DNA of 64,000 bases from an uncultured delta proteobacterium (GCA_963727625.1 CAVSHR010000002.1:512001-576000); one strand, 5' to 3'; positions 41,632 through 55,850 are shown, numbered from the stretch's first letter. The notes: generated from the letters alone by a model not told the origin. Numbers and translations are program-made.

Positions 41632-42483
41632 ATGAAAAAATACCATGATGTCGCGACGCCGACCGAGCGCGAAGCGATAATAAACCGGCGAGCGCAACTC
41701 GGTTTGACCGGCGATTCGCGACCAGAGCAAAGGAGCGATGAAACTCTCGACGCACTGTTTGACGGTAAGTTGAAGCTCTTGCAAAGCCGTCGCGGCTATC
41801 GTTTTTCTCTCGACTCGCTGTTGCTGGCGCACTTTGTCACGCTAAAACGGCAGGAGAGCGTGATCGATCTCGGCACCGGCAATGGCGTGATCGCCCTGCT
41901 GTTGGCGCGCTTACATGAGGACGCCAAGATTACCGGTGTCGAGGTTCAGCCGGCGATGGCTGAACGTGCCGAGAGAAACGTTCGCCTGAATCAAATGGAA
42001 AACCAAGTGCGCATCTGTCGTGGCGACGTTCGCGAGGTCGAATCGACCGCCCTGGCGGCGAGCTTCGATGCGGCGGTTTGTAACCCGCCGTTTCGTCTTG
42101 CAGGCAGCGGACGGATCAGTCCCAACGACGAGAGGCGCATCGCCCGCCATGAATCCGGCGGCGCGCTCGGCGACTTTCTGAGCGCCGCTAGTTTTCTCCT
42201 GCGCGCCAAAGGGCGTATCGCGCTAGTCTACCTCGCTGACCGCGCGGTCGATCTATTTTCCGCCATGCGCGCGGCGCGCCTCGAACCAAAGCGAGTTCGC
42301 ATGGTGCATTCATTCATTGGCGCCGACGCGCCGCTTGTCTTGGTGGAAGGGGTGAAGACTGGCCGGAGCGGTGTAAAAATTCTGCCTCCGCTGACCATCT
42401 ATCGTGAGGGCAAATCGTATAGCGAGGAAGTCGCGTCGATCATCGCTGGTTTGCCGAAGCAAACGCGCGGGCTCAACCCTTGA
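41632..42483 (+). CDS. tRNA1(Val) A37 N6-methyltransferase-like protein (start uncertain)
   Basis: GYRFSLDSLLL, DLGTGNG, CNPPF, ARHE. Confidence 0.85.
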   Translation: MKKYHDVATPTEREAIINRRAQLGLTGDSRPEQRSDETLDALFDGKLKLLQSRRGYRFSLDSLLLAHFVTLKRQESVIDLGTGNGVIALLLARLHEDAKITGVEVQPAMAERAERNVRLNQMENQVRICRGDVREVESTALAASFDAAVCNPPFRLAGSGRISPNDERRIARHESGGALGDFLSAASFLLRAKGRIALVYLADRAVDLFSAMRAARLEPKRVRMVHSFIGADAPLVLVEGVKTGRSGVKILPPLTIYREGKSYSEEVASIIAGLPKQTRGLNP

Positions 42484-42516
42484 GTGAGAGTCCGGCGGGA
42501 AGTTGCGAATGAGCGG

Positions 42517-42987
42517 TCAACGTTTGGGGCGACGGCGCCAGTAACTTTTCAGCAGACGCTTAAACGCGGCGCGAATCTCGGGGTCGGAGATCGAATTTAA
42601 AAACTCGTCGTTTAATTCCGCTCCCGACATTTCTTCCGCGTCGGATTGCTCTTCCTGCTCGGTGGATTCCGCCGGCCCATCGATGCGTCCGACCATGAAG
42701 AATATGTTTTTGACCGTGTCGCCCTTGAGGCGATGATTGAGCTTCCCGGCGATCATATCTTTCATGAACTGCAGTTGCTGCATCCAGACCGGGCTCGAAA
42801 CTTTAACGAATAGTGTACCATTGCGAATTTTTTCTGGCTGGGCGTTGCGCGCGATGACAGTTCCGACGACCTCGTTCCAAATCGGCCAAACCGCGTATTC
42901 GTCCAGGCGGGCGGCCAAGTCCAAGCGCTTGAGCGACTGCTCAAGCACCGAACCCAGAGTTTCAATCGGTAAGCTGTTCCTAGCCAT
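42517..42987 (-). CDS. DUF721/DciA family protein
   Basis: W.EVVG..IA.NAQP......L.VKV.SPVW.QQL. Confidence 0.85.
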   Translation of the reverse strand: MARNSLPIETLGSVLEQSLKRLDLAARLDEYAVWPIWNEVVGTVIARNAQPEKIRNGTLFVKVSSPVWMQQLQFMKDMIAGKLNHRLKGDTVKNIFFMVGRIDGPAESTEQEEQSDAEEMSGAELNDEFLNSISDPEIRAAFKRLLKSYWRRRPKR

Positions 42988-43118
42988 TGTGTTTGCAGGG
43001 GAAAGGTTAGCAGATCTGATATCGCGACTCTAGAGTTGCTCGGCTAGCTCCCGGAGCGTCTCTAATGTTTTGAAAAGCGGCGATAAATCACGAGAAATCC
43101 CGCCACTGAAAATTATCA

Positions 43119-43147
43119 TTGACAAAGTAAGCAATTGTTTCTAAAAC
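43119..43147 (+). promoter_or_regulatory. sigma70-type promoter of nrdJ
   Basis: TTGACA-17 nt-TAAAAC. Confidence 0.55.
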
Positions 43148-43193
43148 TACAAAATCTAGTGCATTTCTGCTTGATACACACCATATATTGGGA
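43147..43193 (+). promoter_or_regulatory. Tandem NrdR boxes
   Basis: ctaCAAaATcTAGtgc (43147) and acaCCAtATaTTGgga (43178), starts 31 bp apart, fit acaCwAtATaTwGtgt. Confidence 0.8.
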
Positions 43194-43223
43194 AAACCAC
43201 CAAGAGGAAGGAGATAGAAAACG

Positions 43224-45986
43224 ATGGCGACGGGCACTTCTCAGGCGACCGAAATTGGCGCTCCCCAGAGGGCTGGACAGGTAAAAACCGGACTGAAAAT
43301 CGCGCGTTATTTCAGCCATGCCGGGGTCAGTCCCTACGACGAAATTGAATGGGAGCAGCGGACTGCCTCAATTATCAACGAAAAAGGCAAGGTCGTCTTC
43401 GAACAAGCCAACGTTGAAATCCCCAAGGCGTGGTCTCTAATGGCCACCCAGGTGGTGGTATCAAAATATTTTCGCGGTCCGCTCGGCACACCGCAACGGG
43501 AGCATAGTGTGCGCCAAATGATCGGCCGGGTCGTCGATACCATAACCGCCTGGGGGCGCAAAGACCATTACTTCTCCAGTGAGGAGGATGCTGAGGCTTT
43601 TTCCGACGAATTGACCTATATTTTGCTCCATCAAAAGGCCTGCTTTAACAGCCCGGTGTGGTTTAACTGCGGCATCGAAGAAAAACCCCAGTGCTCGGCC
43701 TGCTTCATCCTTTCGGTGGAAGATACCATGGATTCGATTCTCGATTGGTATCGGAAAGAGGGGGTCATCTTCAAAGGCGGCTCAGGCTCCGGCGTCAATC
43801 TTTCGAGAATTCGTTCCTCCAAAGAGCAGCTGGCCGGCGGCGGCACGGCGTCGGGTCCGGTGTCTTTCATGAAGGCGGCCGATGCTTCCGCCGGCGTGAT
43901 CAAATCAGGCGGCAAGACCAGGCGCGCCGCAAAGATGGTCGTCTTGGACGTCGACCATCCCGATATCGAAGAATTCGTTAAATGCAAAGTCGAAGAAGAG
44001 AAAAAAGCCTGGGCGCTGATCGAAGCCGGTTACGATGCGAGCCTCGACGGGCCGGCCTACGGCAGCGTATTTTTTCAAAACGCCAACAATTCAGTCCGTG
44101 TCACCGACGAATTCATGCGCGCGGTCGAAGAAGACCGCGAGTGGCAGACGAAGTATGTTACCTCCGGTCAATCGTGCGACACGTACAAAGCGCGCGATCT
44201 CTTGCGCATGATCGCAGAGAGCACCTATTTCTGCGGCGATCCGGGCATGCAGTACGACACCACGATCAACGATTGGCACACCTGCTCGAACACGGCGCGC
44301 ATTAATGCCTCCAATCCTTGCTCTGAGTACATGCATCTTGACAATTCGGCTTGTAATCTTGCGTCGCTCAACTTGCTTAAGTATCTGCGCGAGGACGGCG
44401 TGTTCGACACCGAGGCTTTTCGCCGCGCCGTCGATATTGTGATCTTGGCGCAGGACATTCTCGTCGACAACTCGTCGTACCCGACGGCTGAGATTGCCGC
44501 CAACGCCCATGCGTTCCGCGAACTCGGCATGGGGTACGCTAACCTCGGCGCGCTGTTGATGTCGCTCGGTTTGCCGTACGATTCCGACGCCGGCCGGGCT
44601 TACGCGGCGGCCGTAACGGCTTTAATGTCCGGCGAAGCCTACCTGCAATCGAGCCGGGCTGCGGCGGCCACGAGCGCCTTCGAGGGTTACGAAATCAATC
44701 GCGAGCCGATGCTGCGCGTGCTCAATAAGCACCGCTCCCAGGCGTACAAAATTTCGCCGTCCCATGTGCCGCTCGATTTGCTCGCCGCGGCGCGCGAAGC
44801 CTGGGACCTCGATTGCGCCGAGGCGGAAAAGCATGGCGTGAGGAACTCGCAAATTTCAGTTCTCGCGCCGACCGGGACCATCGCCTTTATGATGGACTGC
44901 GACACGACCGGCGTGGAGCCGGATATCGCGCTGATCAAATACAAGAAGCTGGTTGGCGGCGGGCTTTTGAAAATCGTCAACAATACGGTGCCTCGGGCTC
45001 TCAAGCGCTTAGGCTACGACGTCAAGCAAATCCAGGAGATCGTCGAGTACATCGAGGAGCATGAGACTATCGAAGGGGCGCCCCATCTGAAGGATGACGA
45101 TCTGGCGGTATTCGATTGCGCCTTCAAGCCGGCCAACGGCAGCCGCTCGATTCAATATATGGGCCATGTCAAGATGATGGGGGCGGTGCAGCCGTTCATT
45201 TCCGGCGCGATCTCGAAGACCATCAACATGCCCAACGACACCACCGAAGAAGACATCATGCACGCCTATATGGAATCGTGGAAGCTCGGCCTCAAGGCCG
45301 TAGCGATCTATCGAGACGGCTCCAAGCGGACTCAGCCGCTCAACACGGCAAAGGACAAAGAGGAGGCGAAAGCGATTCCGGCCGAAAGTAAAGAAGCGCG
45401 GCCGCTGCGGCGTAGGCTTCCCGACGAGCGGCGTTCTATCACCCATAAATTCGATATCGCCGGCCATGAAGGCTATATCATCGCCGGTATGTACGAAGAC
45501 GGCCAGCCGGGAGAAATTTTCATCACGATGTCCAAAGAGGGTTCGACCATCTCCGGTCTTATGGATTCGTTTGCCACGGCGATATCCATATCGCTCCAGT
45601 ATGGCGTGCCGCTAAGAGGGTTGGTCGACAAGTTCAGCCACATGCGCTTTGAGCCTTCGGGTTTTACTAAGAATCCCGACATCCCGATGGCCAAATCGAT
45701 CATGGACTACATTTTCCGCTGGCTTGCCTCCAAGTTTCTCGACGGCGATGCACAGCAGGAAGTCGGCATCGTCAAACCGGAACCGGCCGAAGAAACGCCT
45801 TTGAAGAAAGTGGTTTCCATCTCAACGCACGCGCCGCGCGGCGGTGCGCCGGTAACCAGCATTAGCAGTGTGACGAGCCTTTACCAGCAGGATGCGCCGC
45901 CTTGTCCGGACTGCGGCGCGATCATGATTCGCAGCGGTGCTTGCTATAAATGCATGAACTGCGGCGCGGTGAGCGGCTGCTCATAA
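43224..45986 (+). CDS. nrdJ: Class II (B12-dependent) ribonucleotide reductase
   Basis: FNSPVWFN, QCSACF, ASNPCSEY, CNLASLNL, APTGT, C-terminal Zn ribbon. Confidence 0.95.
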   Translation: MATGTSQATEIGAPQRAGQVKTGLKIARYFSHAGVSPYDEIEWEQRTASIINEKGKVVFEQANVEIPKAWSLMATQVVVSKYFRGPLGTPQREHSVRQMIGRVVDTITAWGRKDHYFSSEEDAEAFSDELTYILLHQKACFNSPVWFNCGIEEKPQCSACFILSVEDTMDSILDWYRKEGVIFKGGSGSGVNLSRIRSSKEQLAGGGTASGPVSFMKAADASAGVIKSGGKTRRAAKMVVLDVDHPDIEEFVKCKVEEEKKAWALIEAGYDASLDGPAYGSVFFQNANNSVRVTDEFMRAVEEDREWQTKYVTSGQSCDTYKARDLLRMIAESTYFCGDPGMQYDTTINDWHTCSNTARINASNPCSEYMHLDNSACNLASLNLLKYLREDGVFDTEAFRRAVDIVILAQDILVDNSSYPTAEIAANAHAFRELGMGYANLGALLMSLGLPYDSDAGRAYAAAVTALMSGEAYLQSSRAAAATSAFEGYEINREPMLRVLNKHRSQAYKISPSHVPLDLLAAAREAWDLDCAEAEKHGVRNSQISVLAPTGTIAFMMDCDTTGVEPDIALIKYKKLVGGGLLKIVNNTVPRALKRLGYDVKQIQEIVEYIEEHETIEGAPHLKDDDLAVFDCAFKPANGSRSIQYMGHVKMMGAVQPFISGAISKTINMPNDTTEEDIMHAYMESWKLGLKAVAIYRDGSKRTQPLNTAKDKEEAKAIPAESKEARPLRRRLPDERRSITHKFDIAGHEGYIIAGMYEDGQPGEIFITMSKEGSTISGLMDSFATAISISLQYGVPLRGLVDKFSHMRFEPSGFTKNPDIPMAKSIMDYIFRWLASKFLDGDAQQEVGIVKPEPAEETPLKKVVSISTHAPRGGAPVTSISSVTSLYQQDAPPCPDCGAIMIRSGACYKCMNCGAVSGCS

Positions 45987-46018
45987 GCCGATGCCAGGTT
46001 GATGCTTCGGTAATCCAT

Positions 46019-46058
46019 GAAAGCGGGCCGGTTGATTTGCCGGCCCGCTTTCTTTTTA
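46019..46058. terminator. Intrinsic terminator between convergent genes
   Basis: gaaagcgggccgg-ttgatttg-ccggcccgctttc followed by TTTTT. Confidence 0.85.
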
Positions 46059-46073
46059 GCGCGAATTTAGCGG

Positions 46074-46679
46074 TTACTTTCTTTCTAAATGGAGGATGGC
46101 CTTCTGAGTATCGATGTCCATGCGAAAATTGCTCAGAAAGTTCAATCCCAAAAGACCGGCGACCTGCGGGTCCGGGATCGCATCATGAACCGCGATCGCG
46201 AGATTGTGAATCTCCATACCGCCGACGGCGACCGATTCAAGGTTGGTTACCGGCGCCTGAATGAGCCCATTGGCGGTTTGGAAGGGCAAAGTTTTGGCGT
46301 TCGGGCCGATGTCGATAGACAGCTCGCGCGCCAACGCATTTGAAATCAAGGTGTAGCTTGAACCGGTATCGACGACGAATCTACCCGAAAGTTTTTTGTT
46401 TAGAGTCGCTTGAATGATCACCACCTGACCCTGTCTTTCGATGGGCACCGAGGCTCGCCGCGGCGGCGCCTTGATTTCGACTTCGGGCGCACGCGGGCTC
46501 TCGGGAGCACGCACCCGGGTGGCATTGCCGCGTCGCTTGGGCGGGACGTTGTGCAGGCTGTCAGTAATGTGAAGCACGCCGTGTTCGTCGACCCAGCGGT
46601 AATACTCCGCCGCCCAAACGGGGGCTAGAATGAGGCAAAACAGACAAAAAAGCGGAATCCAAGCTTGGCGACGCTTCAC
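46074..46679 (-). CDS. DUF4124 + retropepsin-like aspartic protease
   Basis: Signal peptide, YRWVDE.G..H.TD, FVVDTGSS, GLLGLNFL. Confidence 0.88.
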   Translation of the reverse strand: MKRRQAWIPLFCLFCLILAPVWAAEYYRWVDEHGVLHITDSLHNVPPKRRGNATRVRAPESPRAPEVEIKAPPRRASVPIERQGQVVIIQATLNKKLSGRFVVDTGSSYTLISNALARELSIDIGPNAKTLPFQTANGLIQAPVTNLESVAVGGMEIHNLAIAVHDAIPDPQVAGLLGLNFLSNFRMDIDTQKAILHLERK

Positions 46680-46881
46680 GGTTCGATTACTCTACCATTT
46701 TTAACCCAGCGACGGAACTAAGCGAAAACGGCGAAATTTCGCGGAGCGGGTGAGGTTTTGTCCGGTTAGGGCGTCAAATCGCGCTTGCCGTGTGGCTTTT
46801 CCGTCAGCTTCTTTACAAGCCTAAAACAGTGTGGTACAAAATTTATAATTAAAAAGGAAAGAGAGAAAAAAAGCGGAGATC

Positions 46882-47151
46882 ATGGAGATTACTGAACCGC
46901 AAAAACAACAAGTCGTCGAGCAGTTCAGGGTTCATCCGACGGACACCGGCTCTCCCGAAGTGCAGGTAGCGCTGTTAAGCCAGCGTATCGAGCATCTTAC
47001 AGGGCACTTCAAGATCCATGTTAAGGATCATCACTCGCGTCGCGGTTTGCTCAAGCTAGTCGGCCAGAGACGAAGGCTTTTGGACTATCTTCGAAAAACC
47101 GACTTCGCGAGGTACCAGAATCTGATCCAGAGGCTTGGAATACGCAAATAG
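46882..47151 (+). CDS. rpsO: 30S ribosomal protein S15
   Basis: [24 protein letters not shown]. Confidence 0.98.
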   Translation: MEITEPQKQQVVEQFRVHPTDTGSPEVQVALLSQRIEHLTGHFKIHVKDHHSRRGLLKLVGQRRRLLDYLRKTDFARYQNLIQRLGIRK

Positions 47152-47220
47152 CGATTCCAACGCTGTTGCCCGCCGCTTCTACACCTCCGTCAGACAAGTC
47201 TCCCGCCAGAGGATTCTTCT

Positions 47221-49320
<2,100 letters not shown>

Positions 49321-49346
49321 TTGCCCGATTGTTTCAAGGATCTTTG

Positions 49347-50624
49347 ATGTTCGCAAAGACCGTCCTCGACAACGGCATCCGTGTGGTGTCCCATCAAATG
49401 CCGGATCACCGGTCGGTGAGTCTCGGCATCTGGGTCGAGAACGGTTCCCGCCATGAGAGCGAATCCGAAAACGGCATCTCTCATTTTATCGAGCACCTGC
49501 TTTTCAAAGGCACCGAGCGGCGCAGCGCGGCGCAAATCGCCGAGGAGATGGACGCGGTGGGAGGCGTCCTCAACGCCTTTACGTCGAAAGAGCATACTTG
49601 TTACTACGCCAAGGTGCTCGACGAAAATCTTCCCCTGGCCATCGACTTGCTGACCGATATTTTCCTGCACTCAAGTTTCGACGCCGAAGAGATCGAGCGC
49701 GAGCGCTCGGTGATCCTCCAGGAGATCTCACAGGCGGAAGACACGCCGGACGATTACGTGCATGATCTTTTTAACCACGATTTTTTCAAGGATCATCCTA
49801 TCGGCCGGCCGATTTGCGGCCGGGAAGAAACCGTCTCGGCGTTCCGGCGCGCGGATATCGTCAAGTTTTTCAAGTCGCGTTACCATCCGCGGCGGGTGGT
49901 GGTGGCGGCCGCGGGCAATATTTGCCACGCGGGATTGATCGATGAAATGGCTGCGCGTCTCGGCGCGGTGGCAGACGACTTCGACGCTGACAACAGGTTC
50001 AAATTGAATGGTGAAAACCCGCCGGATACGGCGAGCGGCGTTTATCCCCATGCCAAGTCTTTGGAACAAGTGCATCTTTGTTTGGGAATGACCGGCATTC
50101 ACCAGACCCATCCCAAGCGCTACACGGCCTACGTGCTCAATACGCTGCTCGGCGGCGGCATGAGCTCGCGCTTGTTTCAAGAGATCCGCGAGAAGCGCGG
50201 CAAGGCCTATTCGGTCTACTCGTTTTCAGCTTCTTACAAAGACGTCGGCTACACGGGCGTATACGCCGGTACCAGTCTTGAAGACACTGAAGAAGTCGTC
50301 GATTTGATCGTTAAGGAACTAAAAAAATTTACCGCCAGCAAGATCACTGAGGACGAGCTTAGCCGCACCCAGGGCCAGCTAGTTGGCAGTATGATGCTCG
50401 GCCTGGAGTCGACTGATTCGTGGATGAGCCATATCGCGCGCAACGAGATTTATTTCGGCAAAACAGTGACGACCGATGAGATTTGCCAGCGCATTCGCGC
50501 GGTTACGCGCGACGAAGTGATCGAGCTCGCCGGCGCGTTTTTTCGCTCCGACGGTATGACGCTCACGTTGCTCGGCGATTTCGGCGAGAGCTCTCAAATT
50601 AAAAATCTAAATCTGAGTCACTGA
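49347..50624 (+). CDS. M16 family zinc peptidase
   Basis: [11 protein letters not shown] inverted Zn motif, [10 protein letters not shown]. Confidence 0.93.
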   Translation: MFAKTVLDNGIRVVSHQMPDHRSVSLGIWVENGSRHESESENGISHFIEHLLFKGTERRSAAQIAEEMDAVGGVLNAFTSKEHTCYYAKVLDENLPLAIDLLTDIFLHSSFDAEEIERERSVILQEISQAEDTPDDYVHDLFNHDFFKDHPIGRPICGREETVSAFRRADIVKFFKSRYHPRRVVVAAAGNICHAGLIDEMAARLGAVADDFDADNRFKLNGENPPDTASGVYPHAKSLEQVHLCLGMTGIHQTHPKRYTAYVLNTLLGGGMSSRLFQEIREKRGKAYSVYSFSASYKDVGYTGVYAGTSLEDTEEVVDLIVKELKKFTASKITEDELSRTQGQLVGSMMLGLESTDSWMSHIARNEIYFGKTVTTDEICQRIRAVTRDEVIELAGAFFRSDGMTLTLLGDFGESSQIKNLNLSH

Positions 50625-50655
50625 GCCGCCGTTTGGATCGTGCGGGACGGTTACG

Positions 50656-51114
50656 GTGGAACACCTTCGCATTGAAATCAAACGCGTGCGGCCGAGCCCG
50701 ACGCCGCTGGCACTGCCGGCCTATATGACCGAGGGCGCTGCCGGTATGGATCTTTGCGCTGATATTGAAACGGATCTCACGCTCGCGCCGCTGGAACGAG
50801 GCTTGATTCCCACCGGCCTTGCCATTGCCCTGCCGGTGGGCTTCGAAGCGCAAATTCGGCCCCGCAGCGGTGCGGCGCTGAAGCAGGGACTAACGCTGGT
50901 CAACAGTCCCGGGACCATCGACTCGGATTATCGCGGTGAGATTAAAGTCATCGCCATCAACCTGGGGGCTGATGCCATCGTTATCATGCCTGGCCAGCGC
51001 ATCGCGCAGATGGTCCTGCAACGAGTGGTCCGAGCTGAGTGGCAGGAAGTGGACGAACTGCCGCCTTCGGCGCGCCGCGACGGCGGTTTCGGCCATACGG
51101 ATAAAAAAAAATAA
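50656..51114 (+). CDS. dut: dUTP diphosphatase
   Basis: [28 protein letters not shown]. Confidence 0.96.
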   Translation: MEHLRIEIKRVRPSPTPLALPAYMTEGAAGMDLCADIETDLTLAPLERGLIPTGLAIALPVGFEAQIRPRSGAALKQGLTLVNSPGTIDSDYRGEIKVIAINLGADAIVIMPGQRIAQMVLQRVVRAEWQEVDELPPSARRDGGFGHTDKKK

Positions 51115-51208
51115 CGTTCAAGGTTCCAAAGTTCAAAGTAACGCATGCAGATGGCGATTGACCCTTGAACGATTGAACTTTTAAACGAAGCAAAGGCGCC
51201 TTCGAAGC

Positions 51209-52501
51209 ATGATCCCCCGTTACACCCGGCCGGAAATGGGCCGTATTTGGTCCGAAGAAAATAATTTTCAGAAGTGGCTTGACGTTGAGATCCTCGCCGC
51301 TGAAGGACTGGCGCGCCTTGGCAAGGTGCCCAAGGCCGCCGTCGCTCGCATTCGCCGGAAAGCGCGCTTCCGCGTGAAGCGCATCCGAGAGATCGAAGCG
51401 AAAGTGAAACATGAGATCATTGCATTCTTGAGCTCGGTGGCCGAATCGATCGGCGACGACGCGCGCTATCTGCACGTCGGCATGACTTCCTCCGATGTCA
51501 TGGACACAGCGCTGGCGATTCAGTTCAAAGAGGCCTCGGCGATTCTCTCGCGGGATATCAAAGACTTGATGCAGGTGCTGCGCCGTCAGGCGCGCAAGTA
51601 TAAATGGACGGTGATGATCGGCCGCACCCACGGCGTGCATGCCGAGCCGATCACCTTCGGTTTAAAACTGGCGCTCTGGTATCAGGAAATGGCGCGCAAC
51701 TTGTCCCGGTTCGAAAAGGCGGCCGACGATATCTGTGTCGGGCAAATTTCCGGCGCGGTGGGCACATTCGCGCAGATCTCGCCGAAAGTAGAGAGTTATG
51801 TGTGCCGGAAAAGCGGCCTCAAGCCCGCGCCGGTGTCCAATCAGATCATTCAGCGCGACCGTCACGCCTACTACTTCGCGACTCTGGCGATCATCGCCAG
51901 TTCGCTGGAAAAGTTCGCCGTCGAGATTCGTCACTTGCAGCGCACCGAGGTGCAGGAGGCCGAGGAGCCGTTCACCCAGGGCCAGAAGGGCTCGTCGGCG
52001 ATGCCCCATAAACGCAATCCGATCTTGTCTGAAAACGTCTCGGGCCTGGCGCGGCTGATGCGCTCCTATTCTGTCGCGGCGATGGAAAACATACCGCTCT
52101 GGCATGAGCGCGACATCAGCCATTCGTCGGTGGAGCGGGTGATCGCCCCGGACGCCACCATCGCTCTCGACTTCATGCTCCGGCGCATGATCTATGTGCT
52201 TGGCAACCTCTGCGTTTATCCGGAAAATATGCAGCGCAACCTGGCCAAGAGCGGCGGCACGGTTTTTTCCGAAAAAGTTTTGCTCGCTCTGGTCGATAAG
52301 GGGCTTGCGCGCGACGCCGCCTACCGCATGGTGCAGCGCCAGGCCTTGAAGATCGGCAAGGAAGGCGGCGACTTAAAGCGCGAGCTGCTTGCGGACAAAG
52401 AAATTCGCCGCTATTTAACCGCTAAGGAGATCGAAGCGGTCTGGGGTGTCAGGCACCATCTGGTCAACGTCGATTTCATTTTCCGCCGGGTGTTCCATTA
52501 A
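51209..52501 (+). CDS. purB: Adenylosuccinate lyase
   Basis: MIPRY, GRTHGVHAEP, GSSAMPHKRNP. Confidence 0.97.
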   Translation: MIPRYTRPEMGRIWSEENNFQKWLDVEILAAEGLARLGKVPKAAVARIRRKARFRVKRIREIEAKVKHEIIAFLSSVAESIGDDARYLHVGMTSSDVMDTALAIQFKEASAILSRDIKDLMQVLRRQARKYKWTVMIGRTHGVHAEPITFGLKLALWYQEMARNLSRFEKAADDICVGQISGAVGTFAQISPKVESYVCRKSGLKPAPVSNQIIQRDRHAYYFATLAIIASSLEKFAVEIRHLQRTEVQEAEEPFTQGQKGSSAMPHKRNPILSENVSGLARLMRSYSVAAMENIPLWHERDISHSSVERVIAPDATIALDFMLRRMIYVLGNLCVYPENMQRNLAKSGGTVFSEKVLLALVDKGLARDAAYRMVQRQALKIGKEGGDLKRELLADKEIRRYLTAKEIEAVWGVRHHLVNVDFIFRRVFH

Positions 52502-52528
52502 TTGGCAATCGCCGAGAGTTTGAATCCT

Positions 52529-52774
52529 ATGCGTGTCAGAATTTTTGTTTCGCTGAAAAGTGGTGTTCTCGATCCTCAAGGCAAAGCCGTCGAGCGTTCA
52601 TTACACACGCTCGGCTACGGCGAGGTGCAAAATGTCCGGGTCGGGAAGTATCTCGAGCTTGACGTCGACGCACCGTCGCGGGCAGCGGCCGAGATTCGCA
52701 TTCGCGAATTCTGTGATAAACTATTAGCCAATCCCGTCATTGAAGATTACCGTTTCGAAATTAGCGCTGAGTAA
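52529..52774 (+). CDS. purS: FGAM synthase subunit PurS
   Basis: LK.GVLDPQG, LLANPVIEDY. Confidence 0.95.
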   Translation: MRVRIFVSLKSGVLDPQGKAVERSLHTLGYGEVQNVRVGKYLELDVDAPSRAAAEIRIREFCDKLLANPVIEDYRFEISAE

Positions 52775-52779
52775 CCAGG

Positions 52780-52860
52780 ACGGAGCTGAGAGTTCTGTGA
52801 TTGAGCGATGCGCACTCTCGTTATTCAAGACTCAGGACTCAGACCTCAGCACTCATAACT
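52780..52860. repeat. Short-period TGAG/ACTCA inverted repeat array
   Basis: gctgagagttctgtgattgag ... actcaggactcagacctcagcactc. Confidence 0.5.
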
Positions 52861-52863
52861 GAC

Positions 52864-53574
52864 ATGCGCTGGGGTGTTATTACATTTCCGGGCTCCTGCG
52901 ACGACCACGATGTCGTCGACGCACTCAAATCCGAGCTCGGCCAGAACGTCAAGCCGCTCTGGCATAAGGACGACTTGGCCGGCAACTTCGACTGCATCGT
53001 GTTGCCCGGGGGATTTTCCTACGGCGATTATCTGCGCTGCGGCGCCATGGCGCGCTTTTCGCCGATCATGCGCGGCGTGGTGAATTTCGCCCAAGACGGT
53101 GGACTGGTGCTCGGGATCTGCAACGGTTTCCAAATCCTCTGCGAGTCTGGTTTGCTGCCGGGCGCGCTTGTGCGCAACGCCGGACTGCAGTTTATCTGCC
53201 ATGAAGTTCATTTAAGGGTGGAGGAAACCGATACACCTTTTACCGCCGGTCTTAAAAAGGGTCAGCTGCTCAAGATGCCGGTCAAGCACGGCGAAGGCTG
53301 TTACTACGCCGACCCGGCGACCCTTGAGCAATTGCACAAGAACCGCCAAATCCTGCTGCGCTACGTCGACGCTAAGGGCAAGTCGACGGCCGTCGCCAAT
53401 CCCAACGGCTCGTTGGAAAACATCGCCGGCGTGTGCAACGAAGCCCGCAACGTCTTCGGTCTCATGCCGCATCCGGAAGACGCCTGCAGCAAGCTCCTGG
53501 GCAGCCTCGACGGCGAAAAGATTTTCAGCTCGATCGCCGCGGCCTGCGCGCAAAAGGCGGCCGCCCATGTCTGA
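52864..53574 (+). CDS. purQ: FGAM synthase subunit PurQ
   Basis: [23 protein letters not shown]. Confidence 0.96.
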   Translation: MRWGVITFPGSCDDHDVVDALKSELGQNVKPLWHKDDLAGNFDCIVLPGGFSYGDYLRCGAMARFSPIMRGVVNFAQDGGLVLGICNGFQILCESGLLPGALVRNAGLQFICHEVHLRVEETDTPFTAGLKKGQLLKMPVKHGEGCYYADPATLEQLHKNRQILLRYVDAKGKSTAVANPNGSLENIAGVCNEARNVFGLMPHPEDACSKLLGSLDGEKIFSSIAAACAQKAAAHV

Positions 53575-55801
53575 AGCGACGGCGGAAAATTCCACCCAGC
53601 CGGCGGTGACGCCGGAGCTGGTCGCCAGCCATGGCATCACGCCCGACGAATATCAGAGGATCGTCAAGACTCTTGGCCGCGAGCCCAACTTCACCGAACT
53701 GGGCGTGTTCTCGGTCATGTGGTCCGAACACTGCAGTTACAAGAGTTCACGCTACTACCTGAAGAATCTGCCGACCGAAGGAGCCTACGTGCTGCAAGGC
53801 CCCGGTGAAAACGCCGGCGTGGTCGATATCGGCGGCGGTCTGGCCGTGGCGTTTAAAATGGAAAGCCACAACCATCCGTCATTCATCGAACCGTACCAAG
53901 GCGCGGCCACGGGAGTGGGCGGTATCTTGCGCGATATCTTCACCATGGGCGCGCGGCCGGTCGCTTCGCTCAATTCGCTGCGTTTCGGCAGCATCGACCA
54001 CCCGCGCACGCGCTATCTGGTCTCCGGGGTGGTCGCCGGAATCGGCGGTTATGGCAACTGCATCGGCGTGCCCACGGTCGGCGGCGAATGCTATTTCGAC
54101 GAGTGTTACAACGCCAATATTTTAGTCAACGCGTTTACCCTCGGCATCGTCAAGAAAAAGCAGATTTTTACCGGCATCGCCAAAGGAGTCGGTAATCCGG
54201 TGCTCTACGTCGGCTCAAAGACCGGGCGCGACGGCATCCACGGTGCCACCATGGCGTCGGCGGCCTTCTCCGAGGAGAAAGAGCAGCGCCGGCCAACGGT
54301 GCAAGTGGGCGATCCGTTCACGGAAAAGTTGCTGCTCGAAGCCTGTCTGGAGCTGATGGAAGCAGATTACATCGTCGGCATCCAGGATATGGGCGCCGCC
54401 GGGCTCACGAGCTCGTCGGCGGAAATGGCCGGGCGCGGCGGTTGCGGCGTCGAGTTGAATCTATCCGCCGTGCCGCTGCGCGAGCTCGGCATGACTCCCT
54501 ACGAAATACTCCTCTCCGAGTCCCAGGAGCGCATGCTCCTGGTGGCCAAGCAGGGCAGCGAGACCGAAATCATCAAAATCTTCGAGAAATGGGACCTCGA
54601 CGCGGTGGTGATCGGCCGCGTCACCGACGACCAGCAGTTCCGCGCGTTATGGGGAGGCCAAGAGGTGGCGCGCATACCGATTCGCGCGCTCACGAAAGAC
54701 GCGCCCGCCTACCAGCGGCCGGCGGCACGGCCCGAACAGCAAGATCAATTGCAACAATTGGATCTCGCCGCGGTGGGGGAGCCGGAAGATCTCGGTATCG
54801 CCTTCAAGCAATTATTGTCATCGCCCAACATCGCTTCGAAGGAGTGGATCTATCGGCAGTACGATCAATTCGTGCGCACCAATACCATGGTTGCCGCCGG
54901 CGCCGACGCCGCGGTGATCCGGATCAAGGGGACAAAAAAGGGTTTGGCGCTCGCCGCCGACGGCAACAGCCGGTACTGCTATCTGGACCCTTATGTCGGC
55001 GGCGTGGTGGCGGTGGCCGAAGCGGCGCGCAATCTTGCCTGCGTCGGCGCCCGTCCGATCGGTTTGACCGATTGTTTGAATTTCGGCAGTCCGGAAAATC
55101 CCGCCGTGATGTGGCAGTTTGCCCAAATCATTCAAGGCATGCGCGACGCTTGTCTGGCGCTCAATGTCCCGGTTGTGAGCGGCAACGTGAGCTTCTATAA
55201 TGAAACTGACGGCACTCCGATTTATCCGACGCCCACCATCGGTATGGTCGGTATTCTCGAAAAAGTCGAGCGTGTGGTGACACCGTGGTTCAAAGCCGCC
55301 GGGGACTCGGTGGTGCTGCTCGGGCGCACACGCGAGGAGCTGGGCGGCAGCGAGTATCTCAAGTGCGTCCATGGCATGACGCGCGGCACGCCGCCCTGGA
55401 TCGACCTGAAGCTGGAGCGTGCGGTGCAGCAGTGTTGCATTGAAGCCGTCGATCAGCGACTTCTCTGTTCGGCCCACGATGTTTCCGACGGCGGCCTGGC
55501 GGTGGCTTTGGCCGAATGTTGCGTCGGCGGTCCGGACAAAGCTTTGGGCGTGCGGATTGAGGCCCATGAAATGATTCGTAGCGACGCGTTGTTATTCAGC
55601 GAGTCGCAATCGCGCATCGTGGTTTCACTGAAGGATGAAAACCTCGATCGCTTGAAAGAGCTCGCAGCGCGGCACAATGTTCCGCTGCAGGTCATCGGCA
55701 CGGTTGGCGGCACGCGCTTCATGATTCGACCGTTGCTGCAATTGCCGGTGGAAGAGCTCAAATCGATCTGGTCGAATGGACTGACGTCGAGGCTTATCTA
55801 G
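53567..55801 (+). CDS. purL: FGAM synthase subunit PurL
   Basis: [23 protein letters not shown]. Confidence 0.97.
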   Translation: MSEATAENSTQPAVTPELVASHGITPDEYQRIVKTLGREPNFTELGVFSVMWSEHCSYKSSRYYLKNLPTEGAYVLQGPGENAGVVDIGGGLAVAFKMESHNHPSFIEPYQGAATGVGGILRDIFTMGARPVASLNSLRFGSIDHPRTRYLVSGVVAGIGGYGNCIGVPTVGGECYFDECYNANILVNAFTLGIVKKKQIFTGIAKGVGNPVLYVGSKTGRDGIHGATMASAAFSEEKEQRRPTVQVGDPFTEKLLLEACLELMEADYIVGIQDMGAAGLTSSSAEMAGRGGCGVELNLSAVPLRELGMTPYEILLSESQERMLLVAKQGSETEIIKIFEKWDLDAVVIGRVTDDQQFRALWGGQEVARIPIRALTKDAPAYQRPAARPEQQDQLQQLDLAAVGEPEDLGIAFKQLLSSPNIASKEWIYRQYDQFVRTNTMVAAGADAAVIRIKGTKKGLALAADGNSRYCYLDPYVGGVVAVAEAARNLACVGARPIGLTDCLNFGSPENPAVMWQFAQIIQGMRDACLALNVPVVSGNVSFYNETDGTPIYPTPTIGMVGILEKVERVVTPWFKAAGDSVVLLGRTREELGGSEYLKCVHGMTRGTPPWIDLKLERAVQQCCIEAVDQRLLCSAHDVSDGGLAVALAECCVGGPDKALGVRIEAHEMIRSDALLFSESQSRIVVSLKDENLDRLKELAARHNVPLQVIGTVGGTRFMIRPLLQLPVEELKSIWSNGLTSRLI

Positions 55802-55850
55802 GTTCGTGCCATAGTTCAATCGTTCGAGGGAGGGCGCTCGCGACCTGAGC

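Noticed and set aside
43224-45986. Intein or intron in nrdJ
   Set aside because: ORF continuous, normal length, no splicing motifs seen
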